Positions 42,616 to 44,471 of a stretch of DNA of 44,471 nt are shown here, in pieces. Position 1 is the first letter of the stretch; every line of letters begins with the position of its first letter. This DNA comes from a virus (lineage: Duplodnaviria; Caudoviricetes). A program made the translations under genes and the position numbers. The stretch is taken from positions 1 through 44,471 of IMG/VR virus record IMGVR_UViG_3300020043_004045; one strand, given 5' to 3'. A model generated the notes under the pieces. That model saw only the letters and a list, made by a program, of their open reading frames with translations. It ran no database searches and was not told the DNA's origin.

Positions 42616-44471
42616 TTATTCACTTAGTGGGTGGTTATGGCCAAAGGTCTCAATATAACCTGTTTTTTGGTTTTTGCGGTATGTGACTGTTTCTGGTTGT
42701 TGGTTAGTGTGCTGTTTTATAAAGTCCACTGCATTTAGGCATGGCTCAACAAAGCCAAAACAAGCATGATTTAGCTCCGCCCATTTTTTCATAATCCACT
42801 GGCTGTTAGATTCTGCTAAGTAAAACGCTCTAAACGACACTGTAGGCGTGGTGTATTCACATTGCAGCGTATCATTACCAGCCGCGCTTATTGTCTTTTT
42901 AACAGTAAAAAATAAAACGCGCTCAGTGTATTTTCCGTATGGGTCTCGCTTTGCTTCGGCATGTTGTTGGCTTAATTTATCATTAGGGTTTACAAGCTCA
43001 GCTTTACAGTCTTTCTTTTCACAATAACGCGCTGCGGTATCGTTCTCATGGCCGCACTCATGGCACTTTTTAAACGCCCAACGATGCTCACAGCGTTCTA
43101 TTTCGCCAGTTAATCTTGAGATAACCAAGCCATTGCATCGTCTGCCGTGGTGCGCTGTTTGTAGTATGGCGTTGTCGTTTTCGTCAACATCATAGACAAT
43201 TTTATTACCTGCCAAGTCTAGTAAATAGCCGTCTGCATCAATGGACTGGTCTTTGTCTAGCTTCCTGATTGCAAAGCTATTAGTACAGTTACAGGAAGGA
43301 CAAACAACGTCTATACATTCGCCAGTGCCTTGTTTTGTGGTTTGTATTGTTGGCTCAAAAATATCAAAGTGTAATTCATGTCTTGCGATATTGTCGGCAT
43401 AATCAAGCACTAAACAATCGTGTTTACCATCACATAATCTCAAGCCGCGCCCGATAATTTGTTGAAACAATGACTCGCTTTCTGTTGCTCTTAATACCGC
43501 GATTGCGTCAACATGGGGCGCGTCAAAGCCTGTTGTTAGTGTGCCAACGCTCACAATATACTTAAATCGCTGTTGCTTAAAATCATCAATAAGCTGCTCG
43601 CGTGTGTCTTTATCCATATTTACATCACCACCTAGCATCATGCTGTTGTCAGGTGGAAGTGATTCCATAATCTCTTGTGCGTGTCGCACAGTTGATGCAA
43701 AAAGCATCACTCCGTTGCGGTCATGCGTTTTCGCTATTACATCTTGCACAATAGTAGCTGTTAATCGTCCGTGATTTTCAAAAACGCTAGACACTTGTTT
43801 AGCGTCAAAATTGCCCATCTTGTTAATGGTTAGGCTTTGTGTGTTGTAATGGTCGGTTGTTGGCTCTGTGTGCGCTTCGGTTAAAAATCCCATGCTGATT
43901 AGTTCACGGGTTTTAATTGAGTACAGCAAGGCGGCAAAGTACGGGTTGATTGCTTCTTCTTCAGATAGTGCTTTATTTGTGACTAGGTTTTGATGATAGA
44001 TATAACCCGTGTTCATCCTATAGGGCGTAGCAGTCATGCCGATAACTCTAAGCATGGGATTTTTAGCTTTTATCTTGCTGATAATGTCTTTGATAGTTGG
44101 CGTTATTTGGTGGCACTCATCAACTATCACACAGCCAAACATATCACCAAAACGCTCTATTGAGTTTAATACAGTTTTAGGTGTGGCATATACCACGGCA
44201 TGACGGGTGCATTTAGCACCCGCTGACGCGCTAAATATGGATGCTTTCTCACCTGTTGCAATCCACTTGCTATAATTTTGCTCGGTCAATTCTTTGGACG
44301 GCTGCAATACAAGCACTTTTTTATTTGTGTTTTCTGTTATCCATTTAGCAATGGCAGCAGCTATCCAGCTCTTGCCAGCTCCTGTGGCTAACTCTAACAC
44401 GGCAGGGCTTTTACACTTTTTCATCCATGACACGGCAGCATTTACCGCGTCTTGTTGGTATGGTCTTAATT
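42616..44471 (-). CDS. SF2 DExH helicase, RadD/YejH-like, with C-terminal zinc fingers; 5' end beyond the window
   Basis: Frame continues to the edge as LRPYQQDAVNAAVSW (Q motif); ATGAGKS, DECH, TAT, TGFDAP, QIIGRGLR; CPSC and CHEC. Confidence 0.9.
   Translation of the reverse strand, partial: LRPYQQDAVNAAVSWMKKCKSPAVLELATGAGKSWIAAAIAKWITENTNKKVLVLQPSKELTEQNYSKWIATGEKASIFSASAGAKCTRHAVVYATPKTVLNSIERFGDMFGCVIVDECHQITPTIKDIISKIKAKNPMLRVIGMTATPYRMNTGYIYHQNLVTNKALSEEEAINPYFAALLYSIKTRELISMGFLTEAHTEPTTDHYNTQSLTINKMGNFDAKQVSSVFENHGRLTATIVQDVIAKTHDRNGVMLFASTVRHAQEIMESLPPDNSMMLGGDVNMDKDTREQLIDDFKQQRFKYIVSVGTLTTGFDAPHVDAIAVLRATESESLFQQIIGRGLRLCDGKHDCLVLDYADNIARHELHFDIFEPTIQTTKQGTGECIDVVCPSCNCTNSFAIRKLDKDQSIDADGYLLDLAGNKIVYDVDENDNAILQTAHHGRRCNGLVISRLTGEIERCEHRWAFKKCHECGHENDTAARYCEKKDCKAELVNPNDKLSQQHAEAKRDPYGKYTERVLFFTVKKTISAAGNDTLQCEYTTPTVSFRAFYLAESNSQWIMKKWAELNHACFGFVEPCLNAVDFIKQHTNQQPETVTYRKNQKTGYIETFGHNHPLSE

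Noticed and set aside
1-44471. Integrase, att sites, tRNA or rRNA genes, host genes
   Set aside because: None recognised in the window, so lifestyle and host cannot be assigned

Overview
The whole window looks like a large part of a podovirus-like tailed phage or prophage of a Gram-negative host. No integrase, tRNA, CRISPR array or host gene is visible, so free phage versus prophage cannot be decided. Left to right on + it carries a small accessory region (1-1800), a lysis module (M15 peptidase endolysin, unlisted 51-aa holin, membrane coiled-coil protein), terminase small/large, portal, scaffold, a CsrA-like gene, major capsid protein, duplicated head-tail adaptors, tail and fibre genes, two ejection-type proteins and a 5231-aa DarB-like polyvalent protein (GNAT, N6-adenine MTase, Strawberry-notch SF2 helicase, metallopeptidase, ART-like, PLxRFG). 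A LapG/BTLCP-like cysteine peptidase and a small lipoprotein follow, then mostly leftward early genes (Cro-like gene on +, VRR-NUC, RadD-like helicase truncated at the edge). Most notable: (1) integron attC-like elements bound accessory genes at both ends, with complementary 8-bp core sites and apparently inverted orientation relative to the genes, and no integrase in view; (2) the BTLCP peptidase seems split into two genes in swapped order; (3) two candidate +1-frame overprinted genes lie inside the giant protein; (4) a CsrA-like protein and a CsrA-type hairpin sit in front of the capsid gene. All family assignments come from motif recognition by eye, not from database searches.
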